Origin: an uncultured Anaeromyxobacteraceae bacterium | Lineage (GTDB): Bacteria; Myxococcota_A; UBA9042; DTJE01 | NCBI GenBank assembly: GCA_964573455.1 | Contig: CAZNJW010000005.1 | Span: 1 to 55,332, forward strand | Length of the DNA stretch: 55,332 nucleotides | Direction of reading: 5' to 3' | In this document: in pieces, positions 47,081-55,332 of the stretch | How positions within the stretch are numbered: position 1 is the first letter of the stretch | Layout of the letters: the number at the start of each line of letters is the position of its first letter | Notes under the pieces: model-generated | Told to the model about the DNA's origin: nothing | The model's input: the letters and a program-made list of their open reading frames with translations, nothing else | Database searches by the model: none | Translations under genes and position numbers: made by a program

Positions 47081-48238
47081 ATGGACTCGGCAAGGCGGCT
47101 CGCCGATATCGAGCCGTTCTATGTGATGGAACTGCTGGCAAGGGCCAAGGAGCTTGAGGCTGAAGGTCGCGACGTGATCCACATGGAGGTCGGTGAGCCC
47201 GACTTCGTCACGCCGGAGCCGGTCAGACAGGCCGGCGCAAGGGCGATCATCGAGGGCAGGACGTTCTACACGAACGCGCTCGGACTTCCAGAACTCCGGG
47301 AAGCCATCTCCCGCTTCTACTTGCAGCGTTACGGCGTGACCGTTCCGGCATCGCGAATCGCGGTAACCGCGGGCGCGTCCGGTGCGCTGGTTCTGGCACT
47401 TGCCTGCCTGGCGAATCCCGGCGACGAGTGGCTTCTGTCCGATCCAGGTTACCCATGCAACCGGCACTTCGTCCGTTCCTTTGAAGGTGTTCCGATCGGT
47501 ATTCCGGTCGACGCGGCGACCGGCTTTCAGCCGACTGCCGATCATCTTCGCGAGTACTGGTCCGCGCGCACCAGGGGAGTCATGGTCGCATCGCCCGCCA
47601 ACCCGACGGGAACGATGCTGACCGCCGCCGATATCGCGTCCCTGGCCGAGGTGACGCGGGAACGTGACGCGCATCTGATTGTCGACGAGATTTATCACGG
47701 CCTGACCTATGACGGCGATGCGCCGACAGCGCTGGCCCAGGGCGACGATATTTTTGTGGTGAACAGTTTCTCGAAGTACTTCCAGATGACCGGATGGCGT
47801 CTGGGGTGGCTTGTTATCCCGGAAAAGTTCGTTCGCGATATCGAAAAGCTGGCGCAGAACCTGTTCATCTCGGCTTCCACGTCGGCCCAGTATGCGGCGG
47901 TCGCGGCGTTCGAACCCGGGACGATCGAGATCCTGGAACAGCGGCGCGCCGAGATGAAGCGGCGGCGGGACTTCCTGGTTCCGGCGCTCGAGTCGGTCGG
48001 TTTGAAGGTTCCAGTGCGCCCGTCCGGTGCGTTCTACATCTACGCCGATTGCAGCGGCCTTACCGACGACAGCGACCGGTTCTGCCGTGACCTGCTTGAG
48101 GCGGTGGGTGTCGCTGTCACGCCGGGCAAGGATTTCGGCCTCAACAAGCCGCAGTCCCACGTCCGTCTGGCGTACGCGAACGACATCTCACGCCTGTCCG
48201 AGGCCGTCGACCGCATCAGGTCGTTCCTGTCGAAGTAA
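47081..48238 (+). CDS. PLP-dependent aminotransferase class I/II
   Basis: MEVGEPDF, YTNALGLPELREAI, SPANPTG, VDEIYHG, NSFSKYFQMTGWRLGW, GAFY; GGAGGA RBS. Confidence 0.93.
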   Translation: MDSARRLADIEPFYVMELLARAKELEAEGRDVIHMEVGEPDFVTPEPVRQAGARAIIEGRTFYTNALGLPELREAISRFYLQRYGVTVPASRIAVTAGASGALVLALACLANPGDEWLLSDPGYPCNRHFVRSFEGVPIGIPVDAATGFQPTADHLREYWSARTRGVMVASPANPTGTMLTAADIASLAEVTRERDAHLIVDEIYHGLTYDGDAPTALAQGDDIFVVNSFSKYFQMTGWRLGWLVIPEKFVRDIEKLAQNLFISASTSAQYAAVAAFEPGTIEILEQRRAEMKRRRDFLVPALESVGLKVPVRPSGAFYIYADCSGLTDDSDRFCRDLLEAVGVAVTPGKDFGLNKPQSHVRLAYANDISRLSEAVDRIRSFLSK

Positions 48239-48293
48239 CTGTTCTATAATCCCCATCTGAACCGCGACCTGCCCCTCGGGCTCTGGAGGAAAC

Positions 48294-51200
48294 ATGATCG
48301 GGCTGTCCGCCCTTCCGCGTCTGGTGAAGTCGGCTTTGATCGTTGTGTTCATCGCGGGGTCCACGTGGCTGGTCTCCGGTTGTTCAGAACCCGCGCCAGC
48401 GCTCGACTGGGACCAGTGGGATTCTCCGGCGGCGGAGTACAGGCCATGGGTCCGCTGGTGGTGGCCGGGCAATGACGTTGATGAAGATGAAATCTCGCGC
48501 GAGGTGGCCCTGCTTGCGTCCAACTTCTTTGGCGGCGCCGAACTGAACTCCTTCAATGCCGCCCTGGACTGGGATGCGGACGAGGCGGAGCTGGCACGCC
48601 GTCTGGACTGGGGTTCGGATCTGTTCTGGTCCCGCGTCAGACTGGCGGCCGAAACCGCCGGGAGTCACGGGATTGCGCTGGATCTGAACGTAGGGTCCGG
48701 TTGGCCGGTCGGCGGCGCTGGCGTGACGGCCGCGGATTCGATGAAGACCCTGCTGTGGTCAGAAGTGTTCGTCACAGGCCCGAAAAAGGTTGCCCTGGAA
48801 TTCAACGCGCCAGGTCCGGATCCGTTTTACGAGGTGGCCGCGCAGGCCGAGGCGATTGGCGAGCCGATGGCGCGGTACCTGCCCGAAATGTGTCAGGTGG
48901 TCGAGGTGGTCGCGGCCAGGAAGACCGGCGGCTCCCGCAACCAGGAGTTCTGGGATCTGACCGATCAGGTGACGCTCGATCGCGATTCGGTCGCGGTGCT
49001 GACCGACCTTGTGTCATCCGAAGGCGGCGTTTCGTGGAACGTTCCAGAGGGTGACTGGGCCGTCATAGGTTTTTATGTCTGTCCAGACGGCCAGTATGTG
49101 AATCTGAACGCCTATCCCGAACAGCGTGACGTGTTTGCGGTGGATCAGTTCAACGAAACGGCGGTGCGGGCAACCAACGACGCGTTGTGCGGAGTCGGGG
49201 CAGGGCTTGATGACCTGTTCGGCGGGCCGATTCGCGGGGTCTTCGTCGACAGCTTCGAGCTGAAAACCGAGCGCCACTTTTCCGACGACTTCTTTGCCGA
49301 GTTTCAGGCCAGGCGTGGATACGACCTGCGTCCCTGGTTGCCGGCGGTGGTCGCGCCCGGGGCCGACAACAACATTTTCGACGGCGCGGGAATCGCGAAC
49401 CGCTGTCCGTTCGGTTTCGGTGAACTGGATTCACGCGTTGCGCGCGATTACCAGCAGACCGTTTCCGATCTTTTCATCGAACGATATGTCGGGGGCAACA
49501 CCCGCTGGGCTTCGGAAAACGGGTTGAGGTTCAGAGTCCAGCCTTACGGCCTGCAGGTGGACTCGATCAGAGCGGCCGGTATGGCCGACGTGCCCGAGAC
49601 CGAGCAGTTGTACGCCGGTGGCACCGAACTCGCCTTGAAGGTGGTAGCCTCGGGCGCCCATCAGTACGGCAGGCCGATGGTGTCCGCTGAAGCGCTGGTG
49701 TCGGCGGGACGCGACTACATGACGACGCCGACCAAGATGCGGGCGTGGCTGGACAAGCTGTTTTCGTCCGGCGTCAACTCGGTCGTGTATCACGGATTCC
49801 CATATCAGACCGGGTTGGACAAGTACGGCGACACCGATTGGCACGCGTTTTCTTCTCCGTATTCGGGGCTGGGCACATATTCCGAGAACATGTCAGAGGC
49901 AAACCCGTTCTGGCCGTTCATGGATCGGATGAACCGGTATGTAGCGCGTGTCCAGTACATGCTCAGGCAGGGAACGCCGCGGGCCGATGTGCTGGTCTTC
50001 TACCCCTGGATGGGTGTGCCCGCGTCCCTGGTGTCCCTGCGTGATCATCAGGAGGCGTTGTTCAAGGGTCAGTTCGGAGACGAAAACGCCACGGGCCAGG
50101 ACTCGATGCTGGCACTGGTTCAGGGGTTGTTCGGAGGTTTCAAGCCTTCCGATGCGACCTGGTGGGTCGGCGCGGCATGGCCCGTCCTGTCCGAAATAGA
50201 GAACCTGGGATACACGTGGGAGTGGACTAACGACGACGTGCTGTCCAGGGCTACGGTGAAGAACCGTCGCCTGGTTTCGGCGGACGCTTCCTATGGCGCC
50301 GTTGTCGTGATGCGCACCCCATGGATGTCGGCTGAGGCGGCCGGAAGTCTCGCGGCGATGGCGGCAGCGGGACTGCCCGTGGTTGTGCTGGGCGATGCTC
50401 CGGTCAGTCAGCCGGGACTGGCGGATCATGTGGCCGGCGACGCTGCAGTCGCGGCAGCGTTTGAATCGATGCGGGATCTGCCGAACGTGTCGTTCGTGCC
50501 GGTGGTTCAAATCCCGCCCGCCAACGGGGAGGCCAATCCACAGATGTTCAGCGCAGAAGGCTTCGCGGCCGGCCTGATGACCGCCGGTTGCAGGCCTGCC
50601 TTCGATGTTTCGTCACGCGGGGCCACTGTCAGGACCCTGGCGCGTGACGTCGACGGCGGACGCATCTGGTTCGTGCGCAATCCGTCCGACCAGGATCAGA
50701 CCGTGGCCGTCAAGCCGGACGTCGATTGCGCGGACGGGATGGTTCTGGATCCGATGGACGGCTCGGTTGCCGCCCTGGATGTGAAGGCTGGCGGAGACTT
50801 CGAATTGGCGGTCAGGGCATGGACATCCAGCATCGTCCTGTGCGGGGTTGATGCCCCGGCCGACAGTGTCGAAAGGTTCGCGTCAGCTCCGGTCCCGACG
50901 CCGGCGGTGGATGATTTCGTGATCACCGACTGGTCGCTGTCGGTCACTGGCGACGACGTGACGGGCGGGGCGTTCGGGAAGCAGACGGATGCCCTTGGCG
51001 ACTGGCGCAATATCGAAGAACTGAAGTATTCGTCAAGTGGTGGCGTGTACACGGCCACGTTCGAATTCCCGTTTGACCCGTACGAGTTCGACGTTCCCAC
51101 GCCGATGCGTCGTTCGTTCTATCTTGACCTTGGCCAGGTTCACGGAGCGGCGTTGGTGTCGGTCAACGGCGTCGGCTTGGCCCCCGTCATCGCGGAACCT

Positions 51201-51404
51201 TTCAGGGTCGACGTCACCAGCAGCGTGGTCAGCGGGCCAAACGAGGTTGTCGTGATGCTGGTTCCGCCACTTCGCAACCGTCTGGTCGGTCTCGGTCTTG
51301 CCAAGGATCCGACCGCCGCCCAGTTCGAGGGCAAGAAGGACACCATTGTCGCTACCGGCCTGATCGGCCCGGTGACACTCGAGGAGCTGGCGTCCGAGTG
51401 GTGA
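48294..51404 (+). CDS. Glycoside hydrolase, GH106 / alpha-L-rhamnosidase-like, lipoprotein
   Basis: Lipobox VSGC; PWVRWWWPGN, GSGWPVGG, FVDSFE, RGYDLRPWLP, DVPETE, VASGAHQYG...AEA, C-terminal LDLGQV..GLIGPV. Confidence 0.8.
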   Translation: MIGLSALPRLVKSALIVVFIAGSTWLVSGCSEPAPALDWDQWDSPAAEYRPWVRWWWPGNDVDEDEISREVALLASNFFGGAELNSFNAALDWDADEAELARRLDWGSDLFWSRVRLAAETAGSHGIALDLNVGSGWPVGGAGVTAADSMKTLLWSEVFVTGPKKVALEFNAPGPDPFYEVAAQAEAIGEPMARYLPEMCQVVEVVAARKTGGSRNQEFWDLTDQVTLDRDSVAVLTDLVSSEGGVSWNVPEGDWAVIGFYVCPDGQYVNLNAYPEQRDVFAVDQFNETAVRATNDALCGVGAGLDDLFGGPIRGVFVDSFELKTERHFSDDFFAEFQARRGYDLRPWLPAVVAPGADNNIFDGAGIANRCPFGFGELDSRVARDYQQTVSDLFIERYVGGNTRWASENGLRFRVQPYGLQVDSIRAAGMADVPETEQLYAGGTELALKVVASGAHQYGRPMVSAEALVSAGRDYMTTPTKMRAWLDKLFSSGVNSVVYHGFPYQTGLDKYGDTDWHAFSSPYSGLGTYSENMSEANPFWPFMDRMNRYVARVQYMLRQGTPRADVLVFYPWMGVPASLVSLRDHQEALFKGQFGDENATGQDSMLALVQGLFGGFKPSDATWWVGAAWPVLSEIENLGYTWEWTNDDVLSRATVKNRRLVSADASYGAVVVMRTPWMSAEAAGSLAAMAAAGLPVVVLGDAPVSQPGLADHVAGDAAVAAAFESMRDLPNVSFVPVVQIPPANGEANPQMFSAEGFAAGLMTAGCRPAFDVSSRGATVRTLARDVDGGRIWFVRNPSDQDQTVAVKPDVDCADGMVLDPMDGSVAALDVKAGGDFELAVRAWTSSIVLCGVDAPADSVERFASAPVPTPAVDDFVITDWSLSVTGDDVTGGAFGKQTDALGDWRNIEELKYSSSGGVYTATFEFPFDPYEFDVPTPMRRSFYLDLGQVHGAALVSVNGVGLAPVIAEPFRVDVTSSVVSGPNEVVVMLVPPLRNRLVGLGLAKDPTAAQFEGKKDTIVATGLIGPVTLEELASEW

Positions 51405-51460
51405 ACCGCCGTGATGCCCCACGATGGCGTGAGAACGTTTGTCAGTGAAGGAAATCGAGA

Positions 51461-52324
51461 TTGAAGTTGGATGTCGAGGGCTTCGCGAATAAACAGACCA
51501 GGAGAGCTTTCCCCTTTCTGAAGTGGGCGGGTGGAAAGAAACAGCTGCTGGAACCGATCATGGGGTTGGTGCCGGAACGGTTCGAGCGTTATCTGGAACC
51601 TTTCCTGGGTGGCGGAGCGGTGTTTTTCAGGCTCGCGTCCGAGGGGCGCGTAAGCACCGCGTTGCTGAACGACGCGAATCCGCATCTGGTAACCACGTAT
51701 GTCGTGGTGCGCGATCGTCTGCCCGAATTGATTGAATCCTTGTCCAGACTGAAAGCCGCGCACGGTCTGGAACACTTCTACGAGGCCCGGCGGCGTTTCA
51801 ACCAGGAACCGTTGTCCGATGTGGACCGGGCAGCGCACCTGATCTATCTGAACAAGACCTGCTTCAACGGTCTTTACAGGGTCAACTCGTCGGGCGGGTT
51901 CAACGTTCCTTTTGGTCGCTACGTCAATCCCGGGATTTTTGACACGGAGGCGCTGTCCGCGTGTTCGGCAGCGTTGCAGGGCGTCCTTGTTCAACGCGGG
52001 GATTTCGAGGAGGTCATGGACACCGCGGCGGCCGGGGATTTCATCTATCTGGATCCTCCGTACGTTCCGCTGACCAGGACCGCCAATTTCACATCGTATG
52101 CAAGGGAAGGTTTCACGTTCGATGACCAGATCCGCCTGGCGCGCGCGGTACGCCGTCTGGACAGCGTCGGTGTCCGGTTTCTTCTGTCGAACCACTACAC
52201 CGACGAACTGGTCGGACTGTACGAAGGCTTTGACGTGAAGGTGGTTCCTGCCCGGCGAAGCATCACCAGACAGGCGTCTGACCGCGCAATTCCGGTCGAC
52301 GAAGTTCTGATCCGGAATTTCTGA
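51461..52324 (+). CDS. dam: DNA adenine methylase, Dam/D12 class (orphan)
   Basis: FLKWAGGK, EPFLGGG (motif I), LNKTCFNGLYRVNSSGGFNVPFG, YLDPPY (motif IV). Confidence 0.9.
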   Translation: MKLDVEGFANKQTRRAFPFLKWAGGKKQLLEPIMGLVPERFERYLEPFLGGGAVFFRLASEGRVSTALLNDANPHLVTTYVVVRDRLPELIESLSRLKAAHGLEHFYEARRRFNQEPLSDVDRAAHLIYLNKTCFNGLYRVNSSGGFNVPFGRYVNPGIFDTEALSACSAALQGVLVQRGDFEEVMDTAAAGDFIYLDPPYVPLTRTANFTSYAREGFTFDDQIRLARAVRRLDSVGVRFLLSNHYTDELVGLYEGFDVKVVPARRSITRQASDRAIPVDEVLIRNF

Positions 52325-52399
52325 CGGGCGGCTTTCAGATTCGGCTAATCAAGAAGCATTTCGGTTATGATTCTGACTCCAGTTTGAGGAGCATCGACG

Positions 52400-53749
52400 A
52401 TGCGGGTTCTGGTTGTTGCGCTAATGGCGGCGATGATGGCGATTGCGTGTTCAGGGGTCGAGGAGACGGGCGATGTGCTGACCGATATGGCGCAGGATGT
52501 GGCCGACGATATCGCGGAACCGGAAAAGTGGCTGGTCGATTTCGAGCCCGGCCTCGAGATGCGAGATGGTATCGCGATCCTGAGGTTGCGCGGGACGGCC
52601 TTCGAGATGGGAAAGCAGCATGCCACTTTCCTGAATGACGGACTGATGAAGGGTGTTGCCTTCCTTGAATCGAATTTTGAACTTGGCGCGCTTGAGTATG
52701 TCGCGCGTGACTTCGGTTTTCTGGATGAGGCGATGGCGCAGAGCTATCCCGAAATTATCGATGAATGCGAAGGAATGGCCGACGTGGCGGGTGATAAGGG
52801 CTGGACGATGGATCGCTGCATGGCGCTGGCCTACGGCGAGGTCGTACTGGATTTCTTCGAGGCCGGACTGTTGCAGTGTTCGCAGTTCGCGGCCTCGGGA
52901 GCCGCGACGGTTGACGGCGAACTGATTCATGGTCGAAACCTGGACTGGGGCGATATGTCGTTCCTCCTGGAGAATCCGACGATCATCGTCCGCGCGCCGG
53001 AAGATCAGATCCCCTATGTGGTAGTGGGATTTCCCGGCAACGTTGCCGCCTACAATGGTATAAACGCCGCAGGTCTGTCGATCGCCACGAACGAGAACGG
53101 TTCCCCCAACGACCTGGATCGAGTGGGCCGCTCCACGGTTCAGATGGTCAACTACATGCTGTCCCATTTCACGACGATAGACGAGGTGATCGACTACGTG
53201 ACCACGGTCGACCACATGACGTCCGAGAACATGATGGTGGCCTCGGGCGACGAGAAACGCGCGGTCGTGTTCCAGATGACGGCAAGCCATATTTACTACG
53301 AGGAGTTGGGCGACGACGGCGTGACCTTCATCACGAACCACTTCACGGTTGATCAGATGACTCCATGGGAGGACGTGAAGGACCCGGATTCATCGACATA
53401 TCTGCGATACCGTCGCCTGCGGCAGTTGCTGGATCCGACATATGAAACCGAGCGAACCGATAAAGTGCATGGTCAGGTCGATGTGGCGGCGGCCGCGTCC
53501 GTTCTGCGTGACCGTTACAACCCACTTTCGATGACCGAGTATCCGAAGGGAACGTTTGATGTTGAAACGGGCGGGGCGATTGCGGTCAACGCGGCGATCT
53601 ACTCGATTGTGTTCAAGCCTGGCGCCAGGATGTTCTGGCTTGCTCACGGGGAAAAGCCGATTCCTGACAACACCTTCCGTGGATATAATCTGAACGAACT
53701 CTTCGGCAACGACCCGGCCGCGGTGGCAGTCCCCGCGCTGGTCGAATAG
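52400..53749 (+). CDS. Peptidase C45 family (Ntn hydrolase) lipoprotein
   Basis: Lipobox AIAC; G.AFEMGKQH, nucleophile CSQF, HGRNLDW, GINAAGL, TNHF. Confidence 0.87.
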   Translation: MRVLVVALMAAMMAIACSGVEETGDVLTDMAQDVADDIAEPEKWLVDFEPGLEMRDGIAILRLRGTAFEMGKQHATFLNDGLMKGVAFLESNFELGALEYVARDFGFLDEAMAQSYPEIIDECEGMADVAGDKGWTMDRCMALAYGEVVLDFFEAGLLQCSQFAASGAATVDGELIHGRNLDWGDMSFLLENPTIIVRAPEDQIPYVVVGFPGNVAAYNGINAAGLSIATNENGSPNDLDRVGRSTVQMVNYMLSHFTTIDEVIDYVTTVDHMTSENMMVASGDEKRAVVFQMTASHIYYEELGDDGVTFITNHFTVDQMTPWEDVKDPDSSTYLRYRRLRQLLDPTYETERTDKVHGQVDVAAAASVLRDRYNPLSMTEYPKGTFDVETGGAIAVNAAIYSIVFKPGARMFWLAHGEKPIPDNTFRGYNLNELFGNDPAAVAVPALVE

Positions 53750-53759
53750 GAATGTTTCG

Positions 53760-53984
53760 ATGCGCTTGCTGACGATTATGCTGGCCGTGGCGTGTCTGAC
53801 GGCCGTTTCGTGTGTGCCGATTCATGTTCCTCCCGAGTGTCAGGCGCGTGTAAGCGATTGTCTGAAGGATTGTCCCGCGCGGCAGCCGGCGATCGCCGAC
53901 GAGTCCTATGGAGCAATCAGCAACGACACCCGCACGGACTGCGAGAAGCGGTGCCACGAGATGTGTTCGGGGTCGATATTCTAG
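53760..53984 (+). CDS. Small Cys-rich lipoprotein (74 aa)
   Basis: Signal peptide with lipobox AVSC; six further Cys as Cx6Cx3C ... Cx3Cx3C; 10-bp gaps to both flanking genes. Confidence 0.7.
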   Translation: MRLLTIMLAVACLTAVSCVPIHVPPECQARVSDCLKDCPARQPAIADESYGAISNDTRTDCEKRCHEMCSGSIF

Positions 53985-53994
53985 CGGGGTACGG

Positions 53995-55065
53995 ATGAAA
54001 GACACTGATTGCGGCGAGCTTGCAGCGTTGCGCGGACAACTTGACCAGGTCAACGGCCAGATACTGGACCTGTTGAACGAGCGTGCCAGACTGGTGCTTG
54101 AGGTCAAGCGCGTGAAGGAACAGAACGACATAGGGATGTTCTGTCCCGGCCGTGAGAAGCAGATGCTGGACGATGTGGTGGCGCGAAACCGCGGCCCGTT
54201 TTCGGACGACGTGATCCGTCAGTTGTTCAAGGAGATCTTCCGGGCATCGCTCGAGAGCATGCAGGCAGCCGGTATCGAAGGTCTGCGGGTTTCGCGGGCG
54301 GGTGGCGCCGCGGATGTGGTCATCGATGTCAGGGGGCATGTGATCGGTCGTGAACCGGTGCTGATCGCGGGACCATGCGCCATCGAGAGTCGCGAGCAGG
54401 CGTTCGAGGTGGCGCGGCATCTGGTCGCCCGGGGCGTCGGGTTCATGCGTGGCGGCGCGTTCAAGCCCAGGACGTCGCCATATTCGTTTCAGGGGCTGGG
54501 CGACGAAGCGCTGCGGATCCTTTCCGAAGTACGCAGGGAAACCGGAATCGTCGTGGTCAGCGAAGTGACGGACACGCGCTCGGTCGACAGGATGGCAGCG
54601 TCGGTAGACATCCTGCAGGTCGGTTCGCGAAACATGGCCAATTACGAACTGCTGAAGGCAGTTGGCGCGACCGGGATGCCGGTTCTGTTGAAACGTGGTT
54701 TTGCGGCCACGATTGATGAGTATCTGCTGGCTGCCGAGTACGTGGCGCAGCAGGGCAATGATCGGATCATCCTGTGCGAGCGCGGCATCAGGACGTTCGC
54801 CCGTGAGACCAGGTACACCCTGGACATCGGTGCCGTACCGATCCTGCGGCAGTCGTGCAGGTTGCCGGTCGTTGTGGACGTCAGCCACGCGTCCGGGCGT
54901 CGCGATCTGGTGTTGCCCCTTGCCCGTGCCGCCATCGCGGCGGGTGCATCGGGCGTGATGGTCGAGGTTCATCCGCAGCCGGCGCATGCGTTGTCGGACA
55001 GCGCCCAGCAGATCGATTTCGACGACTTGGACACGTTGCTGAACGCCCTCGGTATGGCGGGTTGA
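53995..55065 (+). CDS. Bifunctional chorismate mutase / DAHP synthase (type I-beta, Bacillus AroA(G)-like)
   Basis: N-terminal AroQ-type CM (LRGQLDQVNGQILDLLNERA); IAGPCAIES, RGGAFKPRTSPYSFQG, GSRNMAN, LCERGIR, DVSHASG, EVH. Confidence 0.93.
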   Translation: MKDTDCGELAALRGQLDQVNGQILDLLNERARLVLEVKRVKEQNDIGMFCPGREKQMLDDVVARNRGPFSDDVIRQLFKEIFRASLESMQAAGIEGLRVSRAGGAADVVIDVRGHVIGREPVLIAGPCAIESREQAFEVARHLVARGVGFMRGGAFKPRTSPYSFQGLGDEALRILSEVRRETGIVVVSEVTDTRSVDRMAASVDILQVGSRNMANYELLKAVGATGMPVLLKRGFAATIDEYLLAAEYVAQQGNDRIILCERGIRTFARETRYTLDIGAVPILRQSCRLPVVVDVSHASGRRDLVLPLARAAIAAGASGVMVEVHPQPAHALSDSAQQIDFDDLDTLLNALGMAG

Positions 55066-55069
55066 GGCC

Positions 55070-55140
55070 GGCCCAAAGGGCCGCCCGTTCATGCGGATAT
55101 TTGGCACCGGCCCCAGGACTTGCGCCCTGGGCTCTGTATG
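55070..55140. repeat. GC-rich hairpins (GGCCC-aaa-GGGCC; CCCAGG-acttgcgc-CCTGGG), terminator- or REP-like
   Basis: Inverted repeats directly after the DAHP synthase stop; no clear U-tract. Confidence 0.4.
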
Positions 55141-55244
55141 GGCGGACCTCGCTGCGCTCGGGCCTGGGACGTGGCGGGCGGTGTTCGTACAGGTTCCCTT
55201 TGGCTGCTTGCAGATGCGGCTTACAGGGTCGGGGTCTGGGCCGG

Positions 55245-55327
55245 CGTAGGGGCGAATGTCAATTCGCCCTTCTGGACGGCGAATGTCAATTCGCCCTTTC
55301 CGGACGGCGAATGTAATTCGCCGCTAC
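55245..55327. repeat. GTAG-type REP palindrome cluster (three GGCGAAT..ATTCGCC hairpins, 27-28 bp period)
   Basis: CGTAGGGGCGAATgtcaATTCGCCC, GGCGAATgtcaATTCGCCC, GGCGAATgtaATTCGCCGCTAC; GTAG on the left and CTAC (inverted GTAG) on the right. Confidence 0.85.
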
Positions 55328-55332
55328 GAGGC

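Noticed and set aside
46322-48160. 612-aa minus-strand ORF (likewise 53917..55107, 6325..7578, 27110..28327)
   Set aside because: Stop-poor antisense frames of clearly identified high-GC genes; no family motifs.
448-52324. Nuclease plus Dam as a restriction-modification or defence system
   Set aside because: They are about 50 kb apart, and the nuclease is a non-specific exported type, not a restriction enzyme.
55245-55327. Terminal hairpin repeats as a CRISPR array
   Set aside because: Period is only 27-28 bp with about 8-nt near-identical linkers; too short for spacers.

Overview
High-GC bacterial chromosomal window. Gene content (RpoH-type sigma, Tgl/PilW-like TPR lipoprotein, three-domain NifU + NifS, long KamA-like radical SAM, many lipoproteins) suggests a diderm delta-proteobacterial/Myxococcota-like, probably anaerobic, lineage; this is an inference. 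Layout: (i) 1-15 kb accessory envelope region with a truncated B12-binding radical SAM gene, a non-specific nuclease carrying in-frame palindromic repeats, a cobalamin riboswitch ahead of an uncharacterised two-domain lipoprotein, a beta-propeller lipoprotein/UDP-glucuronate decarboxylase cluster, rpoH, a lipoprotein + LolD-like ATPase + MacB/FtsX-type permease with a 20-Cys insertion, and comEC. (ii) 15.5-29.8 kb dcw cluster (mraZ rsmH ftsL [TPR pilotin-like] ftsI murE murF ftsW murG murB ftsQ ftsA ftsZ), without mraY, murD, murC and ddl. (iii) 29.9-55.3 kb mixed genes: M19 dipeptidase, nifSU, TerC, P-type ATPase, KamA-like enzyme, response regulator, PfkB kinase, ABC-2 exporter, phosphoesterase, FGE-fold protein, aminotransferase, GH106-like hydrolase, orphan Dam, C45 peptidase, a tiny Cys-rich lipoprotein and chorismate mutase/DAHP synthase. 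The window ends in a GTAG-type REP cluster. I saw no rRNA, tRNA, CRISPR array, transposase or integrase. The best candidates for new biology are the B12-riboswitch-controlled lipoprotein, the Cys-module ABC permease system, the REP-derived in-frame peptide repeats and the pilotin-like gene embedded in the division operon. All family calls are from motif recognition by eye; no database searches were run.
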